Shown in pieces: positions 9,170-19,083 of a stretch of DNA of 45,539 bases. Positions within the stretch are counted from its first letter, which is position 1. Each line of letters begins with the position of its first letter. The stretch comes from an uncultured Bacilli bacterium (lineage in GTDB: Bacteria; Bacillota_I; Bacilli_A; RF39; UBA660): assembly GCA_947594595.1 (NCBI GenBank), contig CANQEE010000002.1, forward strand, positions 1-45,539, in the 5' to 3' direction. Below the pieces are notes generated by a model, which saw only the letters and a list, made by a program, of their open reading frames with translations, did no database searches and was not told the DNA's origin. A program made the translations under genes and the position numbers.

Positions 9170-9197
9170 AAAAAGTGTCTAAATTTAGACACTTTTT
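9170..9197. promoter_or_regulatory. 28-bp perfect palindrome, candidate TetR operator
   Basis: AAAAAGTGTCTAAA|TTTAGACACTTTTT is perfectly self-complementary. It lies in the divergent tetR/MMPL intergenic region, ~35 nt upstream of a TATAAT at 9232-9237. Confidence 0.6.
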
Positions 9198-9267
9198 ATA
9201 TATTTATACTTTCTGAATCAAAAAAATGGAATATAATATACTGTGGTTTTAGAAAGGACTGTGATTT

Positions 9268-12200
9268 ATGAGAAAATTAACAGACTTTATGATTGATAAA
9301 AGATATCCTATTTTAATTGTCTTTCTTTTTTTGACCATTGTTTTTGCATTTTTATCCAATCAAGTCAATATTAACTATGATATGGCAAAATATTTACCAG
9401 ATCATTCACAAACAAGAATTGGAATGAATATAATGGAACAGGAATTTTCTAAGAAACAGACAAGTACTTTAAATATAATGTTTGAAAATTTAAAAGACAA
9501 AGAGAAAATTAAAATTCAAAAAGAACTTGAATCTATTTCTTATGTAGAAGATGTAGCTTATGAAAACACTTCTCATTATAATCAAGGAAAATATACACTT
9601 TTTGTGCTTACGGTTCAAGGAAAATCTGATGGAGAACCTGCAAAAAAAGTTTATCAAGAAATCCATGAAAAGTATAAGGATAAAAGTTTTTATACCAGTG
9701 GGGAAATCTCTGAAACCAATAAATCAGTTTTACCTTTTTGGATTCTTGCTTTAGCTGTTTTCTGTGCTCTTTTAATTCTTTTAATAATGTGTGAATCTTA
9801 TGTAGAACCATTTTTGTTTTTAGCAACAATTTTAATGGCTGTTGTTTTGAATAAGGGGACAAATATAATTTTTCCAAGTGTTTCTCATATTACTGATTCC
9901 ATTGTAGCAATCTTACAGATGGCTTTGTCTATGGATTACTCTATTATGTTAATGAATCGATATGATCAGGAAAAAAGAAGAGAAAGTGACAAAATAAAAG
10001 CAATGAAAAATGCTTTACATAAGGCTTTTCAATCTATATCAAGTAGTTCTGTTACTACGATAGTAGGTCTTTTAGCCTTGGTTTTTATGAGTTTTAAAAT
10101 TGGAAAAGATTTAGGACTTATTTTAGCCAAAGGAGTCTTGTTTAGTTTGATTTGTATTTTCTTTGTTCTTCCTTCTTTGATTTTATTGTTTGATTCTTGG
10201 ATTGTAAAAACAAAAAAGAAAAAGCCTTCTATTCATCTAGAAAAATTAGGAAAAATAAGTGATCGATTCAAAGGAATTGCTTTTCCAATTTTCTTGCTTT
10301 TATTTTTGATTAGTTTCTTATTAAAAGGAAATTTAGCAATTGCTTATACGGATCAACAAGAAGATCAAATTTCCAAAGTATTTAAAGAAAAGAATCAAAT
10401 AGCAATTCTATATCCAAATCAAGAGGAAGGAAAAATTGCAAAATATTTAAAAGAGTTAGAAAAAGAAAAGAAGAGCGGGGAAGTCTTGGGATACGGTAAT
10501 ACCATTCATGAAAAATTAACTTATCAAAATTTAAATAAGAGACTTCAAGAATTAGGAGGACAATCTGTTCCTATTGATGAATATCTTCTTAAAATTATTT
10601 ACTATGATTTCTATAATTTAGATGAGAATGACCAAATTACATTAAATGAATTCATCAAGTTTATTGAACAGGAAGTCTATCAAAATCCTTTTGTTCAACA
10701 AAAAATAAGTACCACCATCAAAGAAGATATAACAAGATTAAAAAATTTCATATCTGAAGAGGAAATTCATAGAAAAAGGACTCCTACTGAGATAGCTTCT
10801 ATTTTAGAAATAGAGGAAAATTCTTTCCAAGATCTTTTCATTTTATATCTTTCATTGCATTCAAATCAAAAAATGAGTTTGGATGAATTTGTGACTTTTA
10901 TGAATCAAGAAGTTCTACAAAATAAAAAATATGAAAATCAACTGGATCAAAAAAGCAAAGAGAAACTCCTTCTTTTAAACAAACTTACACAGGAAGAATT
11001 TCTATCTACTCCTATGAAAGCTTCTTCTCTAGCATCTATTTTAGAAATAGAGGAAAGTAAAGTTACTGCTTGCTATCAATATTTCCTTTTAAAAAACAAT
11101 TGGAATTATTTAATGACTTTTTCAGATTTTTTTCACTTTGTAATCAATGATTTAGGAAAAGATCCTCATTATGCAGATCTTTTTGACCTTAGTACTCTTT
11201 CTAAACTAGAACAACTTTCTAATTTTAGTGATTTGAATCAAATTAACAAAAAAATGAATTCACAAGAATTAGCAAGCTTTTTTGGAATGAAGGAAGATTT
11301 AGTGAAACAACTCCTTTTTCTTCAAGCTTCAACAAAAGAGACTCAACTAACCTACACCCTACAAGATTTTATCAATCAAGTGATTCAACTCAATGAAACA
11401 ACTTCCTATCTAGAAGATTTGGATCTAACTCCTTTTTATACTTTAAAGGAAAATAAAGAATTGGAAAAAGATACAAAAGCATATACAAGTAGTGAAATGG
11501 CATCCTTTTTGAATCAAGAGGTAGAGGAAGTTGATAAACTTTATCATTTGATTGATTTCTTTCAAAACACTTCTCTTATCACAGAAACTCCTTTAGAATT
11601 TAATACTTTTCTTTTAGAAAATGCTGAAAGAGAAGAAATTCAAGAAAATCTCTCTTCTAAGACCATTGAATCTTTAAAATTGTTGAAAGTAATAATGGAA
11701 AAGAGTCTTGAAAATAATTTGTTGGATGCAAAAGAGATTGCTAGGTTGCTTGGACTTGATGAAGATTTGGTTCAAAAAATATATCTTCTTTCCTTCACCA
11801 GTCAAAATGAAGTTAGTTTAACTCCCAAAGAATTGATTGAATTTTTAAATCAAAAAGATCCATTTTTAGAAAGTCAATTTTCCAAAGAAGAACAAAGTGA
11901 ATTGCAATTTTTACAAAATATGATAGAGAGTGTTTTAGCTAAAAAAACATATACGAAAGAAGAATTAGCCTCTTTTCTTACGATAGATCAAGAACATATG
12001 GATTTATTATTTGGACTTCATAAGTTTTATTCTTCACAAGATACAATGCTTTCTTTCGATGAATTTTTCTCCTTTTTATTAGAGAATGTTCTTTCAAATT
12101 CAAAGTATGAAAATCAAATTTCCTCTTCGAAAGTTCAAAAATTAAATACTGTTCATACACTTATGAAAAATAGTTCTCCACCAGTAAGATATACATCAAA

Positions 12201-13122
12201 AGAACTCTTTGGTCTACTTGCTTCTTTATCTAATGAAGTTGAAGAAAACACCATCCAAATGCTCTATACTTATTATGGAAGTTGTAAGGCTTATCAAAAT
12301 ACATGGAAAATGACTGTAGAAGAATTTGTTGATGATGTAGTTGAAAAAATCGAAAAGGATGATAAATTTAAGGGCTTGATTGAAGAGAAGATGAAAAGGA
12401 AAATTCTTGATGCAAAAGAAATGGTTTTGGATGCTAAAAATTTGTTGGTAGGGAAAAAATATTCTAGAATTGTTTTAAATACAGAGCTAAATCTAGAAGG
12501 AAAAGAGACCTTTCAATGGATTCAAAAAATCCAAAAACAATTGAAAGAAAATCTTGATGAAAGCTATGTAATAGGAGATTCTCCTATGGCTTATGAAATG
12601 AGTAAAACCTTTCAAGAGGAACTTCAGTGTATTACGATTTTAACAATGGTTGCTATTTTTATTGTAGTTGCAATCACCTTTAAATCTATAATAATTCCGA
12701 TTCTTTTGGTTCTTACAATTCAGTGCGCAGTTTACTTAACGATGGGAATTTTAACGATTACAGGAGAAAATGTTTATTTTATTTCTATTTTGATTGTACA
12801 AAGTATTTTAATGGGAGCTACCATTGATTATGCAATTTTATATACTTCTTATTATCTTGAATATCGAAAAAAATTAAACATTAGAAACTCCCTTATTGAA
12901 GCTTATAATCAATCTATTTCTACCATTTTAACTTCTAGTTCTATCTTAATTATTGTTACCTTAATCATTGCTTGCTTTGCTTCTTTAATTGCCTCTAAAA
13001 TTTGTAAAACAATCTCTCAAGGAACTCTTTGTTCCACGCTCTTAATTTTATTTTTACTTCCTTCACTTCTTGCATTTTTTGATCGATGGATTAGTAAAAA
13101 TAAAGATCAAAAAGAAAAATAG
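9268..13122 (+). CDS. MMPL/RND-superfamily membrane transporter with very large inter-domain insert
   Basis: Two MMPL-type TM bundles (LSMDYSIMLMNRYDQEKRR and GATIDYAILYTSYYLEYRKK) are separated by ~740 aa of soluble helical repeats. Confidence 0.88.
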   Translation: MRKLTDFMIDKRYPILIVFLFLTIVFAFLSNQVNINYDMAKYLPDHSQTRIGMNIMEQEFSKKQTSTLNIMFENLKDKEKIKIQKELESISYVEDVAYENTSHYNQGKYTLFVLTVQGKSDGEPAKKVYQEIHEKYKDKSFYTSGEISETNKSVLPFWILALAVFCALLILLIMCESYVEPFLFLATILMAVVLNKGTNIIFPSVSHITDSIVAILQMALSMDYSIMLMNRYDQEKRRESDKIKAMKNALHKAFQSISSSSVTTIVGLLALVFMSFKIGKDLGLILAKGVLFSLICIFFVLPSLILLFDSWIVKTKKKKPSIHLEKLGKISDRFKGIAFPIFLLLFLISFLLKGNLAIAYTDQQEDQISKVFKEKNQIAILYPNQEEGKIAKYLKELEKEKKSGEVLGYGNTIHEKLTYQNLNKRLQELGGQSVPIDEYLLKIIYYDFYNLDENDQITLNEFIKFIEQEVYQNPFVQQKISTTIKEDITRLKNFISEEEIHRKRTPTEIASILEIEENSFQDLFILYLSLHSNQKMSLDEFVTFMNQEVLQNKKYENQLDQKSKEKLLLLNKLTQEEFLSTPMKASSLASILEIEESKVTACYQYFLLKNNWNYLMTFSDFFHFVINDLGKDPHYADLFDLSTLSKLEQLSNFSDLNQINKKMNSQELASFFGMKEDLVKQLLFLQASTKETQLTYTLQDFINQVIQLNETTSYLEDLDLTPFYTLKENKELEKDTKAYTSSEMASFLNQEVEEVDKLYHLIDFFQNTSLITETPLEFNTFLLENAEREEIQENLSSKTIESLKLLKVIMEKSLENNLLDAKEIARLLGLDEDLVQKIYLLSFTSQNEVSLTPKELIEFLNQKDPFLESQFSKEEQSELQFLQNMIESVLAKKTYTKEELASFLTIDQEHMDLLFGLHKFYSSQDTMLSFDEFFSFLLENVLSNSKYENQISSSKVQKLNTVHTLMKNSSPPVRYTSKELFGLLASLSNEVEENTIQMLYTYYGSCKAYQNTWKMTVEEFVDDVVEKIEKDDKFKGLIEEKMKRKILDAKEMVLDAKNLLVGKKYSRIVLNTELNLEGKETFQWIQKIQKQLKENLDESYVIGDSPMAYEMSKTFQEELQCITILTMVAIFIVVAITFKSIIIPILLVLTIQCAVYLTMGILTITGENVYFISILIVQSILMGATIDYAILYTSYYLEYRKKLNIRNSLIEAYNQSISTILTSSSILIIVTLIIACFASLIASKICKTISQGTLCSTLLILFLLPSLLAFFDRWISKNKDQKEK
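10630..12350 (+). repeat. array of at least 7 degenerate ~75-80-aa protein repeats inside the MMPL gene
   Basis: Recurring pairs of motifs: xxE(I/L/M)AS(I/F)L..(E/D)E......L followed by (L/M)(S/T).xEF..F(L/M/I). A 22-nt exact DNA repeat tctattttagaaatagaggaaa occurs at 10798-10819 and 11035-11056 (237 nt apart). Confidence 0.75.
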
Positions 13123-13131
13123 AACCTAAAA

Positions 13132-13158
13132 AACTCCATTTATTTATGGAGCTTTTTT
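13132..13158 (+). terminator. terminator of the MMPL gene
   Basis: ctccat / atggag stem with a 6-nt loop, followed by TTTTTT. Confidence 0.6.
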
Positions 13159-13160
13159 AA

Positions 13161-13185
13161 GTAAAAAAACACTTTTACAAGTGTT
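13161..13185 (-). terminator. terminator of rpmB
   Basis: On the minus strand, aacactt gtaa aagtgtt is followed by TTTTTTT immediately after the rpmB stop. Confidence 0.6.
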
Positions 13186-13390
13186 ATGCTGTTTCTTCTA
13201 GATTTTCTACGTCTTTGCTTTCTTGTCCTTTTCTAATAGTTCTAGCTTCTCTTGTAGAAAGTCTTACTTTGGTACCATCTTCAAGTCTTACAACTTGCAA
13301 ATTTGGTTTTTGTTGCATTTTTGTTGCATTTAATGCATGACTTCTTTTATTTCCTGTTAAGGGTTTCTTATTTGTTACTTTAATAGCCAT
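13184..13390 (-). CDS. rpmB: 50S ribosomal protein L28
   Basis: MAIKVTNKKPLTGNKRSHALNATKMQQKPNLQVV matches the L28 core. Start moved to the Met at 13390, 5 nt after AAGGAGGAG. Short acidic C-terminal tail. Confidence 0.93.
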   Translation of the reverse strand: MAIKVTNKKPLTGNKRSHALNATKMQQKPNLQVVRLEDGTKVRLSTREARTIRKGQESKDVENLEETA

Positions 13391-13432
13391 ACAGTCTCCT
13401 CCTTTGTACATATTTACGTGTTTCGCTTTTTA

Positions 13433-13461
13433 ACTTTATCATAAAAGGGAAGGAAAGTCAA
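13433..13461 (-). promoter_or_regulatory. sigma-A-type promoter for rpmB
   Basis: Minus strand: TTGACT - 17 nt - TGaTAAAGT. Confidence 0.55.
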
Positions 13462-13504
13462 ACAAAATCCCAAGTTTTTCCTGCTTGAAAAGGAAAGCAA
13501 ACTC

Positions 13505-13533
13505 TTGTTTGTTATCTTCTTTTTTGTTAAGAT
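13505..13533 (+). promoter_or_regulatory. sigma-A-type promoter for dnaE
   Basis: TTGTTT - 17 nt - TGtTAAGAT. Confidence 0.45.
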
Positions 13534-13554
13534 AAGTAAAAAGGAAGTGAGTTT

Positions 13555-16509
13555 ATGTATATACCATTTTATACCAAAAGCTATTACTCCCTTCTTTCAA
13601 GTTGCCTTTCAATTGACCAGATTATTTCTTATGCCAAAGAAAATCATCAAGACTGTTGTGTTTTATGTGATAATACAATGTATGGTGCTATGGAATTTAT
13701 TGAAAAGTGTAAGAAAAATAATTTAGAACCCATTCTTGGACTTGAAATAGAGATGGATTATCTTCTTCTTTGTTATGCAAAGGATTATCAAGGATACCAG
13801 GCACTGATGCATTTTTTTACTGTTTCAAATGATCGGAAACTCTCTCTTGCAGATCTAGAAGTATATAAAGAGCATTTGTTTTTTATTCTTCCTTATCGTT
13901 TCCGAAAATTTTATCAAGAACTTTCTTACTCTTTGGATCTTTATTTGGGATATCAGAATTTAGAACAAGAAGAAGTTGCAAAACAAATGAGTAAAAAAAT
14001 TGTTTTCTTACGAGAAAATTTATATGAAAAACAAGAACAAAGTGAATTGTTGTCTTATCTTTATATGATTCGAGATGGAAAAACCATTGCAAATTTAGAA
14101 AATACAAATTACGATTTATACAATCATAGCCTTTTTATTAAAGATGTGATTTCTCTTTCTCATAATGAAGGACTACTCCAAACACTAGCTTTGAGAGAAA
14201 AGTGCCATCTTGTCTTTCCTAAACAGGAGTTAGAACTGGCTCTTTATCCTTTAAAAGAAGGAGAAACAGCAGAAGATTTCTTAGTAAATCTTTCCAAAAA
14301 GGGATTATATAAACGTCTTCAAGGTAAGATTTCAAAAGTGTATCAAGATCGTCTTTTCTATGAACTTTCTGTCATTCAAAAAATGGGATTTTCAAATTAT
14401 TTTTTAGTCGTTTATGATTTTATTCGTTATGCAAAAAAAGAAGGAATATTAGTAGGACCCGGAAGGGGAAGTGCAGCAGGAAGTTTAGTAGCTTATGCCT
14501 TAGGAATTACAGAAATTGATCCCATTCAATATCATTTGCTTTTTGAAAGATTTTTAAATCCAGAAAGAATTACAATGCCTGATATTGATACAGACTTTCC
14601 AGATCAATATCGAGAGCAAATGATTCAATATGTGAAGGAAAAATATGGTCAAGATAAAGTAGCAGGAATTGTTACTTTTGGAACTCTTGGAGCGAAACAA
14701 GTTTTAAGAGATGTTGCAAGAGTGATGCAAATTCCATCTTATAAAATAGATACTCTTTCTCATTATATTCCTTCTTTTACTAAAGAAAAGTTACCTGATT
14801 TTTATAAAAATCATCCAGCATTTAGAGCCATGATTGATCAAGATTCATCTTTACAGAAACTTTATGAAATAGCAATTCAAATAGAAGGGTTTCCAAGACA
14901 TACTTCAAGTCATGCAGCAGGAATTGTGATGGCAAGAAGACCTTTAGAAGAAATCATTCCTCTAACGAAAAGTGATGGACTTTATTTAACGGCATATCCA
15001 ATGGAATACCTTGAATCTTTAGGCCTTTTAAAAATGGATTTTTTAGGGCTTCGAAACTTAACACTGATTATGCATATTTTAGAAGATATTGAAAAAAATA
15101 GGAAAGAAAAGATTGATTTTTCAAAAATTCCATTAGATGATCAAGAAGCTATTGATGTCTTTAAAAAAGCAGATACAACAGGAATTTTTCAATTTGAATC
15201 TACTGGAATGCGCCAATTTCTAAAAAATTTAGCACCTACTTCTTTTGAAGATATTTTCGCAGCCATTGCTCTTTTTAGACCAGGACCTGCTGCTAATATT
15301 CCTACTTATATTCGAAGAAAACATAAAGAAGAAGAAGTAACTTATTTAGATGAGAGTCTCATTCCAATTTTAAAAAACACCTATGGAATTCTAATATATC
15401 AGGAGCAAATTATGCAAGTTGCAAGTGTTTATTCTGGATATTCTTTAGGGGAAGCAGATATTTTAAGACGAGCAATGAGTAAGAAAAAAATGGAGGTATT
15501 AAAAGGCGAAGAGAAACGTTTTTTAAAAGGAGCTTTGAAAAATGGGCATTCTCTAGAAAATGCAAAGAAGATTTTTGATTTAATTTTGAAATTTGCAGGC
15601 TATGGTTTTAATCGATCTCATTCAGTTGCTTATGCTCTAATTGCCTATAAAATGGCTTATTTAAAATGTCATTATCCAACTGAATTTTATTGTCATATCT
15701 TGTCAAATGTTATTGGAAGTGATACGAAATTAAAAGAGTATATGATGGAAGCGAAAGCAAATGAATTGGAAATTGTAAAGCCACATCTCAATTACAGTGG
15801 ATCTTTATTTACCTTGGTTGATGGAAAAATCTACTTTCCATTTGCATCTATTAAAGGAATTGGAGTTGTTGTCTGTAAACAAATCTTAGAAGCAAGAAAT
15901 CAAAAACCTTTTCAAGATATTTTTGATGCGATCTCTCGTCTTGTCTTAAATAAAGTTACAAGAAAGCAAATTGAAACACTTGTTTATGCTGGAGCTTTTG
16001 ATTTTTTTGGATATACAAGAAGAACTTTAATAGAAGAGATGGATGCTTTAATAAACTATGCAGAACTTACAAAAGATTTAGATCCATCCCTTGTTTTATT
16101 ACCAGAATTAAAAGAACAAAAAGAATATTCATCTAGTGAACTTTTAGAAAAAGAAAGAGATTTGTTTGGGTTTTATTTAACAAGTCATCCTACTTTAAAG
16201 TATCTTCAAGAAGAAGAGAAAATAATCCCTTTAAATGAATTAGAAAAACATTTTAATGAACAGATCAAAACTCTTGTTCTGATAGAAAAAATAAAAGTGA
16301 TCAAAACAAAAAAAGGAGAGAAAATGGCATTTCTTTTAGGAAGTGATGAAACAAAAATGGTAGATTTTACCTGCTTTCCACGTGTATTTGAAAAGTATTC
16401 CAATTTAAAAAAGGGAGATATTGTTGTTTTGACGGGAGTGGTAGAAAAGAGATATAATCAACTACAAATGATTGTGAATAAAATTGAAATGAAAGAAGGC
16501 CTTTTATGA
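13555..16509 (+). CDS. dnaE: DNA polymerase III alpha subunit, DnaE type
   Basis: PHP-like N-terminus, palm motif MPDIDTDFPD, GLLKMDFLGLRNL, FRPGP, YGFNRSHSVAYA, and a C-terminal OB-like region. Confidence 0.95.
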   Translation: MYIPFYTKSYYSLLSSCLSIDQIISYAKENHQDCCVLCDNTMYGAMEFIEKCKKNNLEPILGLEIEMDYLLLCYAKDYQGYQALMHFFTVSNDRKLSLADLEVYKEHLFFILPYRFRKFYQELSYSLDLYLGYQNLEQEEVAKQMSKKIVFLRENLYEKQEQSELLSYLYMIRDGKTIANLENTNYDLYNHSLFIKDVISLSHNEGLLQTLALREKCHLVFPKQELELALYPLKEGETAEDFLVNLSKKGLYKRLQGKISKVYQDRLFYELSVIQKMGFSNYFLVVYDFIRYAKKEGILVGPGRGSAAGSLVAYALGITEIDPIQYHLLFERFLNPERITMPDIDTDFPDQYREQMIQYVKEKYGQDKVAGIVTFGTLGAKQVLRDVARVMQIPSYKIDTLSHYIPSFTKEKLPDFYKNHPAFRAMIDQDSSLQKLYEIAIQIEGFPRHTSSHAAGIVMARRPLEEIIPLTKSDGLYLTAYPMEYLESLGLLKMDFLGLRNLTLIMHILEDIEKNRKEKIDFSKIPLDDQEAIDVFKKADTTGIFQFESTGMRQFLKNLAPTSFEDIFAAIALFRPGPAANIPTYIRRKHKEEEVTYLDESLIPILKNTYGILIYQEQIMQVASVYSGYSLGEADILRRAMSKKKMEVLKGEEKRFLKGALKNGHSLENAKKIFDLILKFAGYGFNRSHSVAYALIAYKMAYLKCHYPTEFYCHILSNVIGSDTKLKEYMMEAKANELEIVKPHLNYSGSLFTLVDGKIYFPFASIKGIGVVVCKQILEARNQKPFQDIFDAISRLVLNKVTRKQIETLVYAGAFDFFGYTRRTLIEEMDALINYAELTKDLDPSLVLLPELKEQKEYSSSELLEKERDLFGFYLTSHPTLKYLQEEEKIIPLNELEKHFNEQIKTLVLIEKIKVIKTKKGEKMAFLLGSDETKMVDFTCFPRVFEKYSNLKKGDIVVLTGVVEKRYNQLQMIVNKIEMKEGLL

Positions 16510-16988
16510 AAGAAAAAAAATGGATCTGGTTTACTCTTTTCTTTACTTTTTTAGATCAAGCAGTCAAAGTGATTGTTAGAAATTTTCTTTCCTATCAAAA
16601 AAAAATTTCCATCATTCCCTCTTTTTTTTCTTTGCAATATGTAGAAAATAGGGGAGGTGCTTTTAGTATTTTAGAAGAAGTTCCCTTTCTTTTCCTTTTC
16701 TTTTCCATTGCTGTTATTCTATTCTTCTCTTATTATGCAAGTAAGAATAAACTTTCTAATATAGAACAACTTTCAATTTCTTTATTATTGGGAGGTGCCA
16801 TTGGAAATTTTTTGGATAGGGTGCTTTATCAAAAAGTAACGGATTATCTTTCTTTTACGTTTGGTACGTATCAGTTCCCAATTTTTAATATTGCAGATGT
16901 TTGTATTGTATTCGGTGTTTGTTTATGGATTTTTATAGAAGGGAGAAAAAAAGATGGAATGGATTGTAACAGAAAAGATGAGATTTGA
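16506..16988 (+). CDS. lspA: lipoprotein signal peptidase II
   Basis: 4 TM. NRGGAFS and FPIFNIADVCIVFG motifs. 4-nt overlap with dnaE. Confidence 0.92.
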   Translation: MKEKKWIWFTLFFTFLDQAVKVIVRNFLSYQKKISIIPSFFSLQYVENRGGAFSILEEVPFLFLFFSIAVILFFSYYASKNKLSNIEQLSISLLLGGAIGNFLDRVLYQKVTDYLSFTFGTYQFPIFNIADVCIVFGVCLWIFIEGRKKDGMDCNRKDEI

Positions 16989-17859
16989 TCAAGCTGTTCG
17001 AATTGGTTTTTCTATTTCAAGAGGAAAAGCTCAAAAATATATTGAAGAAGGAAAGGCTCTTGTAAATGGAGAAAGAAAACCAAATTCTTATTGTGTTAAA
17101 GAAGGAGATCTTATCTCTTTATCAGAAATAGAAGAAGAAACAGTTGAAATTGTCAAAGAAAATATTCCTCTTGATATTGTATATGAAGAAGATTCTTTTT
17201 TAGTTCTCAATAAAGCAAGTGGCATGGTTGTTCATCCTGCTCCAGGACATACAAAAGGAACTCTTGTGAATGCACTTTCTTATCATTTTTCTCTTTCTCA
17301 TGAAGGAAGTATTCGCCCAGGAATTGTACATCGCTTAGATAAAGATACAAGTGGACTAATGTTGGTTGCAAAAAACGATTTAATGCATGATATTTTATCT
17401 CAAATGATTTCCAAAAAAGAAGTAGAAAGAATTTATCTTGCAATTGTAAAAGGAGTAATTCCTCATGAGACTGGAACAATCAATGCTCCTATTGGAAGAG
17501 ATCCAAAAGATCGGGAAAAGATGATGGTCACTTCAAAAAATTCAAAGAGTGCGATTACTCATTTTAAAGTCCTTGAACGTTTTTCTAATCATACTTTGGT
17601 TGCTTGTAAATTAGAAACAGGAAGAACTCATCAAATTCGAGTTCATTTCTCATATATTGGTTATCCCATTTTAAATGATCCTTTTTATGGAAAAGAGAAG
17701 AAAACAACTTCTTTTGGACAAATGCTACATTCTTATCAACTTTCCTTTTCTCATCCTATTACAAAAAAGTCTCTTCATTTTAAGGTGGATCCTCCAAAAG
17801 AATTTTTGGATCAACTAAAGATTTTAAGAGATTCTTTAGAAAAAGATAGTTATAAATAA
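16954..17859 (+). CDS. rluD: RluA/RluD-family 23S rRNA pseudouridine synthase
   Basis: S4-like N-terminus and catalytic HRLDKDTSGLMLVAK, then GRTHQIRVH. Confidence 0.9.
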   Translation: MEWIVTEKMRFDQAVRIGFSISRGKAQKYIEEGKALVNGERKPNSYCVKEGDLISLSEIEEETVEIVKENIPLDIVYEEDSFLVLNKASGMVVHPAPGHTKGTLVNALSYHFSLSHEGSIRPGIVHRLDKDTSGLMLVAKNDLMHDILSQMISKKEVERIYLAIVKGVIPHETGTINAPIGRDPKDREKMMVTSKNSKSAITHFKVLERFSNHTLVACKLETGRTHQIRVHFSYIGYPILNDPFYGKEKKTTSFGQMLHSYQLSFSHPITKKSLHFKVDPPKEFLDQLKILRDSLEKDSYK

Positions 17860-17934
17860 GAAATCCTCCTTCTTTTCCTCTTTTCAAAAAAAGAATCTTT
17901 TTGTATAATAAGTGTATTTAAAGGAGAGAAATTT

Positions 17935-19083
17935 ATGACAGAAGAAATTGGAATGATGGATGAAAAAAATATGATGGTAATGAAATTGCTTCATTATTTT
18001 ATTACTGAAAAAAGTTATACTCCAATTATTTTACAAGGAGCTGAAAATGAGATTTGGCTTGAAAATTTGGAAGAAGATTATAAAATTGTCAGAATTGTCT
18101 CTTCCTATATTCATAATGAAGAACAATATCGTTTTGATGTGTTTCGAACCAAAAGAATCTTAAAAAAAATTAAAGCAAAAACACTTTCTTTTCGGTTAAA
18201 TACATTGAGTATTTTTTTAGATTTGTCAAGCAATGTAGAACTTTCTACTCCCAAAGATTTGGCAGCGATTCGTGTGGAGGAAGATAAAGACTTGAAAAAA
18301 AGCGAAATTATTCAAAGTGCTTTTCCAGATTTGCCAAAAAAATTAAAATTTACAGAAAAAGGAATGCAATTGTTTGTCAAAATAACAAATGATATCAATG
18401 CACATAATCAAGAAGACCAGAAAAAAGCAGAAGATGTTTTTCAACCAAAACTTCCTGTTATTACGTATGGATTGATTCTTATCAATATCTTTCTTTTTCT
18501 CTTTCCAAAAATCTTTGGAATTGATGCATGGTTTCTAAATACCTTTTGTACATATGGTCCTCTCATTCGAATCGGACAGTGGTATCGACTAATCACAGGA
18601 GCCTTTCTTCATGGAAATTTATTTCATCTTTTATTTAATATGTATGCACTCTATATTTTAGGAAGTCAGTTGGAAAGCTTTATGGGAAGGTGGCGTTACT
18701 TTGTAATTTACTTTTTTTCTATTTTAACAGCAAGTCTTCTTTCTATAACCTTTAGTGGAAATGGTGCATCTATTGGTGCATCTGGTGCAATTTTTGGATT
18801 GATGGGAGCTTTGCTCTACTTTGGATATCATTACCGAGTTTATTTAGGAAATGTTATTCGAAGTCAAATCATTCCACTGATTCTATTAAACCTTGCTTTT
18901 GGATTTTTTATGCAAGGAATTGATAATGCTGCACACATTGGTGGTTTAATCGGCGGTCTTCTTGCATCTATTAGTGTAGGAGTAAAATATAAAAGCAGCC
19001 GATTTGAACAAATCAATGGATTTATTGTAACCGTTCTCTTTTTAGGATTTTTATTTTATATGGCGTTTTGCTATGCTGCTTAA
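17935..19083 (+). CDS. rhomboid intramembrane serine protease (GluP/YqgP-like, with cytoplasmic N-domain)
   Basis: WYRLITGAFLHGNLFHLLFNMYAL, catalytic GASGAIFGLMGA, and AHIGGLIGG. Confidence 0.9.
   Translation: MTEEIGMMDEKNMMVMKLLHYFITEKSYTPIILQGAENEIWLENLEEDYKIVRIVSSYIHNEEQYRFDVFRTKRILKKIKAKTLSFRLNTLSIFLDLSSNVELSTPKDLAAIRVEEDKDLKKSEIIQSAFPDLPKKLKFTEKGMQLFVKITNDINAHNQEDQKKAEDVFQPKLPVITYGLILINIFLFLFPKIFGIDAWFLNTFCTYGPLIRIGQWYRLITGAFLHGNLFHLLFNMYALYILGSQLESFMGRWRYFVIYFFSILTASLLSITFSGNGASIGASGAIFGLMGALLYFGYHYRVYLGNVIRSQIIPLILLNLAFGFFMQGIDNAAHIGGLIGGLLASISVGVKYKSSRFEQINGFIVTVLFLGFLFYMAFCYAA

Noticed and set aside
9103-9192. N-terminal 30-aa extension of the TetR ORF (track start 9192)
   Set aside because: The extension has no SD and runs through the 28-bp palindrome and AT-rich promoter DNA. 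The Met at 9102 has a good SD and lies just before the HTH.
13505-13726. 73-aa ORF overlapping the dnaE start
   Set aside because: It is an alternate frame across the dnaE promoter and SD region. dnaE homology starts at 13555.
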